From: Eledone cirrhosa
Lineage: Eukaryota
Assembly: GCA_964016885.1 (NCBI GenBank)
Contig: OZ024742.1
Span: 358,732,001 to 358,796,000, forward strand
DNA: 64,000 bases
Direction: 5' to 3'
In this document: positions 20,301 through 31,600 of the stretch, piece by piece
Layout of the letters: every line of letters starts with the position of its first letter
How positions within the stretch are numbered: the first letter of the stretch is position 1
Translations under genes and position numbers: made by a program
The notes under the pieces: generated by a model
Databases searched by the model: none
What the model was told of the DNA's origin: nothing
Seen by the model: only the letters and a program-made list of their open reading frames with translations

Positions 20301-20826
20301 GGACAACTTCCAGAAGTCCTTGGCCTGGCAGTGCTACCGAGGGGCTCTGCCCGTTCGGGATAAGCTCTACAGACACGGGCGCCCGGGTAGGGACCCCTCG
20401 AAAAAGATCTGTCCCAGATGCGTGCGCGACGAGGAAACCGTCGCGCACGCATTGGTGCACTGCCCGGGCGTTGCCGATCTGTGGGGCTATGTTGAACAAC
20501 TGCTGTCACGGGTGGGACCAATTAGGTTGACCACCGAGTCCATTGTAACGATCAAGCCGCCTCCCCCCTTCAAAAATGAAGGAGAGGCGGTCTTCCTCTG
20601 TGTAATAGCCATGGTAAAAGAGGCTATATGGTGGACGCGTCTGAAAGGGCTGAGGTCGGACACCTTTCTCTCCGGCCAACAACTGGTCCTTTTCTTCCGA
20701 TACCATTTCGGAAGAAGGATCAGGATGGAGAGAGAGGTGCTCCACTCCAGCCAGTTTTATGAAAGGTGGGTGAAAGTTGCGAGAATGGCCCGTGTGAATG
20801 GGCCTTCTCTCTACCTCAGCCTGTAG
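17389..20826 (+). CDS. ORF2 (1145 aa), copy 4
   Basis: APE, RT and zinc-finger motifs intact. Confidence 0.97.
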   Translation: MAVLRVGCLNARGLGSPWKQAKLLSDFRSQCVNVMVICEARISSMRQLTPTFDDFEMHASLCQPGGGGGVVVLLQKHLGLATQTVHLDPEGRLVVLDLGNGEGEAFRLVAVYAPFGAMRSDFFHRLETFLGTSRSLLLVGDWNGILDARWDYVGACPDRGGCNSLKGLIGRFDLADRYRLDFPTVPTWTWSNNSGQSRSYLDRFLVRIKDRDFLSCPEMLMVGYSDHKLVTCVVHLDRTHRQGPGYWKLNLSLPASRAYRDRIRTLVKEQLTGAIVNNRWWGSLKREIRVVSIGVSKELASDRNRKERELVVNVEEAMRSGNVARVQASRTVLNQFFDAKHEGCVVRSKIRALGNEGTKAVSWARVTEAKSGIKSTIRSLRDQDGRLILEPKQMCEAFQRHFAQLFGRGGEPVGDVDFGPYLDGLPRLSDREARSCDGPISAAEIGDVLSLCGKRKSPGLDGLPYELYINMPDLFPDLLEAVYCNWQQNGRIPCSVTKGVVSLVRKDENKGDDISNFRPITLLNAELKILAKVLAKRLALVVGGLVGDAQTCAIPSRSIHDNLHLMRYIIERVGNEPGFGGALINLDQSKAFDRVDHGYLDAVLAAAGFGPVFRGWITAMHSSRICSRVKVNGYLSEPFEITRSIRQGCPLSSLLYVLTLEPLLRKLELLQGIPLEPGLRKAVSAYADDVTVMVSTASEIEAIGTLLEEYERLTGAKLNRDKSIALQLGEWRGKAMSCDGIVGRWTEGPVKLLGVWFGPDLQVEKNWGEVTNRVFALTQKWAECKLSLKGRAEVVNAYIASVIYYRLTVVPCPGEILAKMERALFYFLWKKRSPLVRRSICCQHPLKGGLGMPWLKMRKHALRLRHLHVFLTGQPVWAPFVRRAFPRLVSLTELQSWVKQRPRKLGDWHTECAQALTALWQADPAIDGDSTSSFYRGLVVSGCDDALGEALGMEEDELASLFGRTFGPGPMDNFQKSLAWQCYRGALPVRDKLYRHGRPGRDPSKKICPRCVRDEETVAHALVHCPGVADLWGYVEQLLSRVGPIRLTTESIVTIKPPPPFKNEGEAVFLCVIAMVKEAIWWTRLKGLRSDTFLSGQQLVLFFRYHFGRRIRMEREVLHSSQFYERWVKVARMARVNGPSLYLSL

Positions 20827-21234
20827 GTGGAACAGAAAGAAGGGAGCACCCTCTCTTTGTGCTCCCGTGGAGAAGGGTCGCACACTTTTTTTCGGGGGTG
20901 TGTGTGACCCCAAAACGATCCCTCCCTATTGAGGACCTTCTTGTTACTATATTGTTTGTTATATTTTTCTTACTCGATTTTTATGTAAACTCCCCCCACC
21001 CATGTACATGTCCCTTTCTTTTGTGCCCTAGTGGCAAATAAACAGAAATTTGTCTGTCTGAGGATAGTAGACGTGTGTCATATCGCTCTGTGATTTGGAT
21101 TTTTACCTGCTAATTTTGTGAGTGGATTTTTTTGAATTATTTTGTATAATTAACTCTAACCCCTAGTCTGGGACTCTAGACGTCGGGTAAATATATTTTC
21201 ACCCCTTTTGGGGTGAAAAATAAATATTTGAGAA

Positions 21235-22989
21235 ATGTTTATCGATATCGTTGATAACGATATCGTCGAAAACGATATCGCCATATTGGAAGCGAACGCC
21301 ACGCCGACCAAAAAAACAAGCGGGAAAGAGGGAACAACAGTTCAAACTGTTGAACAACCCCTCCTCTCCAATGAAAAAAAGAATTTCAATTCAAATGAAA
21401 AAATTAATTTTGAAGAAAAAAATAGCACCACAAATAAGGAAACCAACAACATTACAACAACAAACAAAGACAAAATTTCTTTTGCCCAAACACTTAGGAG
21501 AGCCACGGAATACAAAGCCATTGACATCACGAACGCCAAGGAAAATTTGCTAGAGGCTAGAAAATACGTATCTTTTGGGGAGGATGGTTCTTTTACGATC
21601 AACTCCCCAGAAGAAGTGCGTGAACAGATTTACAAGAATACCGTAAGCTACAGAACCATAACCAACGAAACGAGAAAGCCAGCGCAATTGACCGAAAGTC
21701 AAATCGAGCTGGTTCTGAAAGAAATTAAAAATGACATACTCTTTATTCAAAGAGGAAAGCTGTATGCCAGCATTATGGTCCGAATGAAGGACGAAATGCT
21801 GGCTCAGAAATATTCGGTGGCACCTATAGTGTCACCACATTACACCTTCTTCCCCACATATAAAGGAAGAAGAACACAAAGGATAAGAATGTGGAGCCCT
21901 ACGCCAGAAATTAACATCTGGTCCGTCCTAACAGGATTTACCGACCTAGATAAGGACATACTAATTTCAGCAGGGGAGTCCACCAGTGGACTGTTCGGGG
22001 GGAAAAGTCTGGAGGTTCTCTTACAGATGACACCTGAGAGAATCTCCGGAATACCCGACCGAGTGCTACTGGATGGGCGAACCTACATAAATATCACAGT
22101 GGAAGGCAGGAGACCCTCATGTTACCACTGCGCTGGCAGAGGTCACCTGAGGACGGCCTGCCCTCTACTAACAACAAAAAAATCACTGCTACAAACACCA
22201 CAACAACAACAAAAACAACCAGCACCACCATCACAAAAACAACAAAATACACTACCATCACCACCAGAACAACAAAAACCAACAACACCACCACCACCAC
22301 CACCACAACAACAACATCAACAACAGCTCAAGAAAACAACCCAAAACACGGTCCCACCCAGCCCCACCCCACAGAACACAAATACAAAAACAGTTCATAC
22401 ACAACCCGGAGATATACCCCTCCCCTCCAATACGGAAGAGGAGCTCATATCGTCGGAAGACGAGGGGGCTCCCTTCCAAAAAGTGAAAAGAAAAAAACGT
22501 ACACACACCACAACAACAAAAATAACCCCACCTGACAACACAACACAGACAATAAAACGCAAACTCACTCAACAACAACAAGCAAAAACAAACACAACAA
22601 CACAAAAACTCTACACATACATAAACAAAAACAATGAAAACCTAACTTTAAAAATAGAAACCAACCCTTCGATACAAACCGAAGGGCCGAATTTCGTAAC
22701 GGCAATGGGGCTCCCTAACCTGAAAATGGTGAAAATCCCACTTGACATTTTTAAAACTTTAAAAGACATGTACCCTGAGGACGTGGGCCCACCCTGCACC
22801 AGGCCACTCAACCGCGTCCTCCTGAAAGGTTTTCCCCTCCCCTCCTCAAACACCCACACAACTCCAAAGATCCCAACCCCTCCACACACCAATACCCCCA
22901 CACCACCACAAACCACCACCCCACCCGTCAACCCCGCCACCAGCCCCATGGAAACTGAGCGACCCGAACCCCGGGACGCAGAGAGGTAA
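21235..22989 (+). CDS. ORF1 (584 aa), copy 5
   Basis: Near-identical to the other ORF1 copies. Confidence 0.93.
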   Translation: MFIDIVDNDIVENDIAILEANATPTKKTSGKEGTTVQTVEQPLLSNEKKNFNSNEKINFEEKNSTTNKETNNITTTNKDKISFAQTLRRATEYKAIDITNAKENLLEARKYVSFGEDGSFTINSPEEVREQIYKNTVSYRTITNETRKPAQLTESQIELVLKEIKNDILFIQRGKLYASIMVRMKDEMLAQKYSVAPIVSPHYTFFPTYKGRRTQRIRMWSPTPEINIWSVLTGFTDLDKDILISAGESTSGLFGGKSLEVLLQMTPERISGIPDRVLLDGRTYINITVEGRRPSCYHCAGRGHLRTACPLLTTKKSLLQTPQQQQKQPAPPSQKQQNTLPSPPEQQKPTTPPPPPPQQQHQQQLKKTTQNTVPPSPTPQNTNTKTVHTQPGDIPLPSNTEEELISSEDEGAPFQKVKRKKRTHTTTTKITPPDNTTQTIKRKLTQQQQAKTNTTTQKLYTYINKNNENLTLKIETNPSIQTEGPNFVTAMGLPNLKMVKIPLDIFKTLKDMYPEDVGPPCTRPLNRVLLKGFPLPSSNTHTTPKIPTPPHTNTPTPPQTTTPPVNPATSPMETERPEPRDAER

Positions 22990-23012
22990 GTGCCTCTTTC
23001 TTTGCCACCAAC

Positions 23013-26000
23013 ATGGCTGTCTTAAGAGTGGGTTGTCTAAATGCGCGTGGCCTGGGCTCACCTTGGAAGCAAGCTAAACTTCTAAGTGACTTCAGGTCAC
23101 AATGTGTAAATGTGATGGTTATTTGCGAGGCCCGGATCAGCAGCATGCGACAGCTAACCCCCACCTTTGATGACTTTGAGATGCACGCATCTCTCTGTCA
23201 GCCCGGAGGTGGGGGTGGGGTTGTCGTTCTGCTGCAAAAACACCTGGGTCTCGCTACACAGACGGTACACTTGGACCCGGAGGGTCGACTCGTGGTTCTG
23301 GACCTTGGCAATGGCGAAGGCGAAGCTTTTAGGCTTGTCGCCGTATACGCCCCTTTTGGGGCAATGCGGTCGGACTTCTTCCATCGTCTGGAGACTTTTC
23401 TAGGGACGTCCCGCTCCTTGCTTTTAGTGGGGGACTGGAATGGTATCCTAGATGCACGTTGGGACTATGTAGGGGCATGTCCCGATAGAGGGGGGTGTAA
23501 CAGCCTTAAGGGGTTAATCGGTCGATTCGACCTGGCCGATAGATACCGACTAGATTTTCCGACTGTACCAACCTGGACCTGGTCAAATAACAGTGGTCAA
23601 TCTAGATCGTACCTAGATAGGTTCTTAGTTAGAATTAAGGATAGGGACTTTTTAAGTTGTCCAGAAATGCTCATGGTGGGCTATTCAGACCACAAGTTAG
23701 TGACCTGCGTAGTCCACCTTGATAGAACGCATAGGCAGGGGCCCGGTTACTGGAAGCTCAACTTGTCCTTACCGGCAAGTAGAGCTTACAGGGACCGGAT
23801 TAGAACCTTAGTTAAGGAGCAGTTGACGGGCGCCATCGTCAACAACAGGTGGTGGGGCTCTCTAAAAAGAGAGATTAGAGTAGTTTCAATAGGAGTTAGT
23901 AAGGAGTTAGCCTCAGATAGAAATAGGAAGGAAAGGGAGTTGGTAGTTAATGTTGAAGAGGCAATGAGAAGCGGCAACGTGGCCAGAGTGCAAGCGTCGA
24001 GAACGGTCTTGAACCAGTTCTTCGACGCGAAACACGAAGGCTGCGTTGTCCGAAGCAAAATACGTGCTCTGGGAAACGAGGGGACCAAAGCTGTTAGCTG
24101 GGCCCGCGTGACAGAAGCGAAAAGTGGGATTAAATCCACTATCCGGTCTTTGCGAGACCAGGATGGACGGCTGATCCTTGAACCTAAGCAAATGTGCGAG
24201 GCCTTTCAAAGGCACTTTGCCCAATTGTTCGGGAGGGGCGGGGAGCCGGTTGGAGATGTGGATTTCGGTCCATACCTCGACGGCCTGCCGCGTCTTTCGG
24301 ACAGGGAGGCGAGGTCCTGCGACGGGCCGATCTCAGCTGCTGAAATAGGGGACGTGCTGAGCCTATGCGGCAAACGCAAATCTCCAGGACTCGATGGTCT
24401 GCCCTACGAACTATATATTAATATGCCGGACTTGTTCCCCGATCTCCTCGAGGCGGTCTACTGCAACTGGCAACAGAACGGGAGAATTCCCTGTTCTGTG
24501 ACCAAGGGCGTAGTCTCGCTAGTGAGGAAGGACGAGAACAAGGGGGATGACATTAGTAATTTTAGGCCCATAACTCTGCTAAATGCAGAGTTAAAGATTT
24601 TGGCGAAGGTGTTAGCGAAGAGGTTGGCGCTTGTCGTGGGGGGCCTGGTGGGAGATGCGCAGACATGCGCTATCCCGTCCAGGTCCATCCACGACAACCT
24701 CCACCTCATGCGATACATCATAGAGAGGGTTGGGAACGAACCCGGCTTTGGTGGGGCCCTGATAAATTTAGATCAGTCTAAAGCGTTCGATAGGGTGGAC
24801 CATGGTTACCTGGATGCGGTGCTAGCGGCGGCTGGGTTCGGACCCGTTTTCAGGGGCTGGATCACTGCCATGCACAGCAGCCGCATCTGCTCTAGAGTCA
24901 AGGTGAACGGCTACCTTTCGGAGCCGTTCGAAATCACCCGCTCCATCCGACAGGGGTGCCCTCTCTCCTCCCTTCTGTATGTGTTGACTCTCGAGCCATT
25001 ACTGCGGAAGTTGGAGTTGTTGCAGGGCATCCCTTTGGAACCGGGATTGCGCAAAGCGGTGTCGGCCTACGCCGATGACGTAACAGTAATGGTGTCGACC
25101 GCCTCGGAAATCGAGGCGATCGGCACCTTACTAGAGGAGTACGAAAGGTTGACAGGGGCTAAGCTGAACCGGGACAAGTCAATCGCTTTGCAACTCGGCG
25201 AGTGGAGGGGCAAAGCGATGTCGTGCGACGGTATCGTCGGACGGTGGACGGAGGGCCCGGTGAAGCTGCTTGGGGTCTGGTTCGGACCGGACCTCCAGGT
25301 GGAGAAAAACTGGGGTGAGGTGACGAATAGGGTGTTTGCACTGACCCAGAAGTGGGCCGAGTGCAAACTATCCCTAAAAGGTCGGGCGGAGGTGGCGAAC
25401 GCTTACATAGCGTCCGTCATCTATTACCGCTTGACTGTCGTGCCTTGCCCGGGTGAGATCCTCGCCAAAATGGAGCGCGCCCTCTTTTATTTCCTTTGGA
25501 AGAAGAGGTCTCCTCTAGTGAGGAGATCCATCTGCTGTCAACACCCTTTGAAAGGAGGGCTGGGGATGCCATGGCTAAAAATGCGTAAACACGCATTGAG
25601 GCTAAGGCACCTCCACGTATTCCTCACCAGTCAACCGGTGTGGGCCCCGTTTGTGAGGCGAGCCTTCCCGAGGCTCGTCTCGCTCACCGAGCTGCAGTCC
25701 TGGGTGAAGCAAAGACCGAGAAAACTGGGCGACTGGCACACCGAGTGTGCCCAGGCGCTCACGGCTCTCTGGCAGGCGGACCCGGCTATCGACGGAGACT
25801 CCACCTCGTCATTCTATAGAGGGCTGGTGGTTAGCGGGTGCGACGACGCCCTCGGAGAAGCCCTAGGCATGGAGGAGGACGAACTGGCCAGTCTATTCGG
25901 TAGGACTTTCGGCCCGGGACCTATGGACAACTTCCAGAAGTCCTTGGCCTGGCAGTGCTACCGAGGGGCTCTGCCCGTTCGGGATAAGCTCTACAGACAC

Positions 26001-26450
26001 GGGCGCCCAGGTAGGGACCCCTCGAAAAAGATCTGTCCCAGATGCGTGCGCGACGAGGAAACCGTCGCGCACGCATTGGTGCACTGCCCGGGCGTTGCCG
26101 ATCTGTGGGGCTATGTTGAACAACTGCTGTAACGGGTGGGACCAATTAGGTTGACCACCGAGTCCATTGTAACGATCAAGCCGCCTCCCCCCTTCAAAAA
26201 TGAAGGAGAGGCGGTCTTCCTCTGTGTAATAGCCATGGTAAAAGAGGCTATATGGTGGACGCGTCTGAAAGGGCTGAGGTCGGACACCTTTCTCTCCGGC
26301 CAACAACTGGTCCTTTTCTTCCGATACCATTTCGGAAGAAGGATCAGGATGGAGAGAGAGGTGCTCCACTCCAGCCAGTTTTATGAAAGGTGGGTGAAAG
26401 TTGCGAGAATGGCCCGTGTGAATGGGCCTTCTCTCTACCTCAGCCTGTAG
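23013..26450 (+). pseudogene. ORF2 of copy 5 with premature stop at codon 1040 (1039-aa product keeps APE, RT and zinc finger)
   Basis: ORF ends at 26132; the remainder continues in frame to 26450. Confidence 0.9.
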
Positions 26451-26870
26451 GTGGAACAGAAAGAAGGGAGCACCCTCTCTTTGTGCTCCCGTGGAGAAGG
26501 GTCGCACACTTTTTTTCGGGGGTGTGTGTGACCCCAAAACGATCCCTCCCTATTGAGGACCTTCTTGTTACTATTTTGTTTGTTATATTTTTCTTACTCG
26601 ATTTTTATGTAAACTCCCCCCACCCATGTACATGTCCCTTTCTTTTGTGCCCTAGTGGCAAATAAACAGAAATTTATCTGTCTGTCTGTCTGTCTGAGGA
26701 TAGTAGACGTGTGTCATATCGCTCTGTGATTTGGATTTTTACCTGCTAATTTTGTGAGTGGATTTTTTTGAATTATTTTGTATAATTAACTGTAACCCCT
26801 AGTCTGGGACTCTAGACGTCGGGTAAATATATTTTCACCCCTTTTGGGGTGAAAAATAAATATTCGAGAA

Positions 26871-28625
26871 ATGTTTATCGATATCGTTGATAACGATATC
26901 GTCGAAAACGATATCGCCATATTGGAAGCGAACGCCACGCCGACCAAAAAAACAAGCGGGAAAGAGGGAACAACAGTTCAAACTGTTGAACAACCCCTCC
27001 TCTCCAATGAAAAAAAGAATTTCAATTCAAATGAAAAAATTAATTTTGAAGAAAAAAATAGCACCACAAATAAGGAAACCAACAACATTACAACAACAAA
27101 CAAAGACAAAATTTCTTTTGCCCAAACACTTAGGAGAGCCACGGAATACAAAGCCATTGACATCACGAACGCCAAGGAAAATTTGCTAGAGGCTAGAAAA
27201 TACGTATCTTTTGGGGAGGATGGTTCTTTTACGATCAACTCCCCAGAAGAAGTGCGTGAACAGATTTACAAGAATACCGTAAGCTACAGAACCATAACCA
27301 ACGAAACGAGAAAGCCAGCGCAATTGACCGAAAGTCAAATCGAGCTGGTTCTGAAAGAAATTAAAAATGACATACTCTTTATTCAAAGAGGAAAGCTGTA
27401 TGCCAGCATTATGGTCCGAATGAAGGACGAAATGCTGGCTCAGAAATATTCGGTGGCACCTATAGTGTCACCACATTACACCTTCTTCCCCACATATAAA
27501 GGAAGAAGAACACAAAGGATAAGAATGTGGAGCCCTACGCCAGAAATTAACATCTGGTCCGTCCTAACAGGATTTACCGACCTAGATAAGGACATACTAA
27601 TTTCAGCAGGGGAGTCCACCAGTGGACTGTTCGGGGGGAAAAGTCTGGAGGTTCTCTTACAGATGACACCTGAGAGAATCTCCGGAATACCCGACCGAGT
27701 GCTACTGGATGGGCGAACCTACATAAATATCACAGTGGAAGGCAGGAGACCCTCATGTTACCACTGCGCTGGCAGAGGTCACCTGAGGACGGCCTGCCCT
27801 CTACTAACAACAAAAAAACCACTGCTACAAACACCACAACAACAACAAAAACAACCAGCACCACCATCACAAAAACAACAAAATACACTACCATCACCAC
27901 CAGAACAACAAAAACCAACAACACCACCACCACCACCACCACAACAACAACATCAACAACAGCTCAAGAAAACAACCCAAAACACGGTCCCACCCAGCCC
28001 CACCCCACAGAACACAAATACAAAAACAGTTCATACACAACCCGGAGATATACCCCTCCCCTCCAATACGGAAGAGGAGCTCATATCGTCGGAAGACGAG
28101 GGGGCTCCCTTCCAAAAAGTGAAAAGAAAAAAACGTACACACACCACAACAACAAAAATAACCCCACCTGACAACACAACACAGACAATAAAACGCAAAC
28201 TCACTCAACAACAACAAGCAAAAACAAACACAACAACACAAAAACTCTACACATACATAAACAAAAACAATGAAAACCTAACTTTAAAAATAGAAACCAA
28301 CCCTTCGATACAAACCGAAGGGCCGAATTTCGTAACGGCAATGGGGCTCCCTAACCTGAAAATGGTGAAAATCCCACTTGACATTTTTAAAACTTTAAAA
28401 GACATGTACCCTGAGGACGTGGGCCCACCCTGCACCAGGCCACTCAACCGCGTCCTCCTGAAAGGTTTTCCCCTCCCCTCCTCAAACACCCACACAACTC
28501 CAAAGATCCCAACCCCTCCACACACCAATACCCCCACACCACCACAAACCACCACCCCACCCGTCAACCCCGCCACCAGCCCCATGGAAACTGAGCGACC
28601 CGAACCCCGGGACGCAGAGAGGTAA
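26871..28625 (+). CDS. ORF1 (584 aa), copy 6
   Basis: Translation matches copy 2 ORF1. Confidence 0.93.
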   Translation: MFIDIVDNDIVENDIAILEANATPTKKTSGKEGTTVQTVEQPLLSNEKKNFNSNEKINFEEKNSTTNKETNNITTTNKDKISFAQTLRRATEYKAIDITNAKENLLEARKYVSFGEDGSFTINSPEEVREQIYKNTVSYRTITNETRKPAQLTESQIELVLKEIKNDILFIQRGKLYASIMVRMKDEMLAQKYSVAPIVSPHYTFFPTYKGRRTQRIRMWSPTPEINIWSVLTGFTDLDKDILISAGESTSGLFGGKSLEVLLQMTPERISGIPDRVLLDGRTYINITVEGRRPSCYHCAGRGHLRTACPLLTTKKPLLQTPQQQQKQPAPPSQKQQNTLPSPPEQQKPTTPPPPPPQQQHQQQLKKTTQNTVPPSPTPQNTNTKTVHTQPGDIPLPSNTEEELISSEDEGAPFQKVKRKKRTHTTTTKITPPDNTTQTIKRKLTQQQQAKTNTTTQKLYTYINKNNENLTLKIETNPSIQTEGPNFVTAMGLPNLKMVKIPLDIFKTLKDMYPEDVGPPCTRPLNRVLLKGFPLPSSNTHTTPKIPTPPHTNTPTPPQTTTPPVNPATSPMETERPEPRDAER

Positions 28626-28648
28626 GTGCCTCTTTCTTTGCCACCAAC

Positions 28649-31600
28649 ATGGCTGTCTTAAGAGTGGGTTGTCTAAATGCGCGTGGCCTGGGCTCACCTT
28701 GGAAGCAAGCTAAACTTCTAAGTGACTTCAGGTCACAATGTGTAAATGTGATGGTTATTTGCGAGGCCCGGATCAGCAGCATGCGACAGCTAACCCCCAC
28801 CTTTGATGACTTTGAGATGCACGCATCTCTCTGTCAGCCCGGAGGTGGGGGTGGGGTTGTCGTTCTGCTGCAAAAACATCTGGGTCTCGCTACACAGACG
28901 GTACACTTGGACCCGGAGGGTCGACTCGTGGTTCTGGACCTTGGCAATGGCGAAGGCGAAGCTTTTAGGCTTGTCGCCGTATACGCCCCTTTTGGGGCAA
29001 TGCGGTCGGACTTCTTCCATCGTCTGGAGACTTTTCTAGGGACGTCCCGCTCCTTGCTTTTAGTGGGGGACTGGAATGGTATCCTAGATGCACGTTGGGA
29101 CTATGTAGGGGCATGTCCCGATAGAGGGGGGTGTAACAGCCTTAAGGGGTTAATCGGTCGATTCGACCTGGCCGATAGATACCGACTAGATTTTCCGACT
29201 GTACCAACCTGGACCTGGTCAAATAACAGTGGTCAATCTAGATCGTACCTAGATAGGTTCTTAGTTAGAATTAAGGATAGGGACTTTTTAAGTTGTCCAG
29301 AAATGCTCATGGTGGGCTATTCAGACCACAAGTTAGTGACCTGCGTAGTCCACCTTGATAGAACGCATAGGCAGGGGCCCGGTTACTGGAAGCTCAACTT
29401 GTCCTTACCGGCAAGTAGAGCTTACAGGGACCGGATTAGAACCTTAGTTAAGGAGCAGTTGACGGGCGCCATCGTCAACAACAGGTGGTGGGGCTCTCTA
29501 AAAAGAGAGATTAGAGTAGTTTCAATAGGAGTTAGTAAGGAGTTAGCCTCAGATAGAAATAGGAAGGAAAGGGAGTTGGTAGTTAATGTTGAAGAGGCAA
29601 TGAGAAGCGGCAACGTGGCCAGAGTGCAAGCGTCGAGAACGGTCTTGAACCAGTTCTTCGACGCGAAACACGAAGGCTGCGTTGTCCGAAGCAAAATACG
29701 TGCTCTGGGAAACGAGGGGACCAAAGCTGTTAGCTGGGCCCGCGTGACAGAAGCGAAAAGTGGGATTAAATCCACTATCCGGTCTTTGCGAGACCAGGAT
29801 GGACGGCTGATCCTTGAACCTAAGCAAATGTGCGAGGCCTTTCAAAGGCACTTTGCCCAATTGTTCGGGAGGGGCGGGGAGCCGGTTGGGGATGTGGATT
29901 TCGGTCCATACCTCGACGGCCTGCCGCGTCTTTCGGACAGGGAGGCGAGGTCCTGCGACGGGCCGATCTCAGCTGCTGAAATAGGGGACGTGCTGAGCCT
30001 ATGCGGCAAACGCAAATCTCCAGGACTCGATGGTCTGCCCTACGAACTATATATTAATATGCCGGACTTGTTCCCCGATCTCCTCGAGGCGGTCTACTGC
30101 AACTGGCAACAGAACGGGAGAATTCCCTGTTCTGTGACCAAGGGCGTAGTCTCGCTAGTGAGGAAGGACGAGAACAAGGGGGATGACATTAGTAATTTTA
30201 GGCCCATAACTCTGCTAAATGCAGAGTTAAAGATTTTGGCGAAGGTGTTAGCGAAGAGGTTGGCGCTTGTCGTGGGGGGCCTGGTGGGAGATGCGCAGAC
30301 ATGCGCTATCCCGTCCAGGTCCATCCACGACAACCTCCACCTCATGCGATACATCATAGAGAGGGTTGGGAACGAACCCGGCTTTGGTGGGGCCCTGATA
30401 AATTTAGATCAGTCTAAAGCGTTCGATAGGGTGGACCATGGTTACCTGGATGCGGTGCTAGCGGCGGCTGGGTTCGGACCCGTTTTCAGGGGCTGGATCA
30501 CTGCCATGCACAGCAGCCGCATCTGCTCTAGAGTCAAGGTGAACGGCTACCTTTCGGAGCCGTTCGAAATCACCCGCTCCATCCGACAGGGGTGCCCTCT
30601 CTCCTCCCTTCTGTATGTGTTGACTCTCGAGCCATTACTGCGGAAGTTGGAGTTGTTGCAGGGCATCCCTTTGGAACCGGGATTGCGCAAAGCGGTGTCG
30701 GCCTACGCCGATGACGTAACAGTAATGGTGTCGACCGCCTCGGAAATCGAGGCGATCGGCACCTTACTAGAGGAGTACGAAAGGTTGACAGGGGCTAAGC
30801 TGAACCGGGACAAGTCAATCGCTTTGCAACTCGGCGAGTGGAGGGGCAAAGCGATGTCGTGCGACGGTATCGTCGGACGGTGGACGGAGGGCCCGGTGAA
30901 GCTGCTTGGGGTCTGGTTCGGACCGGACCTCCAGGTGGAGAAAAACTGGGGTGAGGTGACGAATAGGGTGTTTGCACTGACCCAGAAGTGGGCCGAGTGC
31001 AAACTATCCCTAAAAGGTCGGGCGGAGGTGGCGAACGCTTACATAGCGTCCGTCATCTATTACCGCTTGACTGTCGTGCCTTGCCCGGGTGAGATCCTCG
31101 CCAAAATGGAGCGCGCCCTCTTTTATTTCCTTTGGAAGAAGAGGTCTCCTCTAGTGAGGAGATCCATCTGCTGTCAACACCCTTTGAAAGGAGGGCTGGG
31201 GATGCCGTGGCTAAAAATGCGTAAACACGCATTGAGGCTAAGGCACCTCCACGTATTCCTCACCGGTCAACCGGTGTGGGCCCCGTTTGTGAGGCGAGCC
31301 TTCCCGAGGCTCGTCTCGCTCACCGAGCTGCAGTCCTGGGTGAAGCAAAGACCGAGAAAACTGGGCGACTGGCACACCGAGTGTGCCCAGGCGCTCACGG
31401 CACTCTGGCAGGCGGACCCGGCTATCGACGGAGACTCCACCTCGTCATTCTATAGAGGGCTGGTGGTTAGCGGGTGCGACGACGCCCTCGGAGAAGCCCT
31501 AGGCATGGAGGAGGACGAACTGGCCAGTCTATTCGGTAGGACTTTCGGCCCGGGACCTATGGACAACTTCCAGAAGTCCTTGGCCTGGCAGTGCTACCGA

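Larger units (their letters stand above)
15436..21051 (+). mobile_element. Tx1-like retrotransposon copy 4, full length, both ORFs intact
   Basis: Shared termini; flanked on both sides by GTCTGTCT. Confidence 0.96.
21060..26675 (+). mobile_element. Tx1-like retrotransposon copy 5, full length, ORF2 nonsense allele
   Basis: Shared termini; TCA>TAA at 26130-26132. Confidence 0.96.
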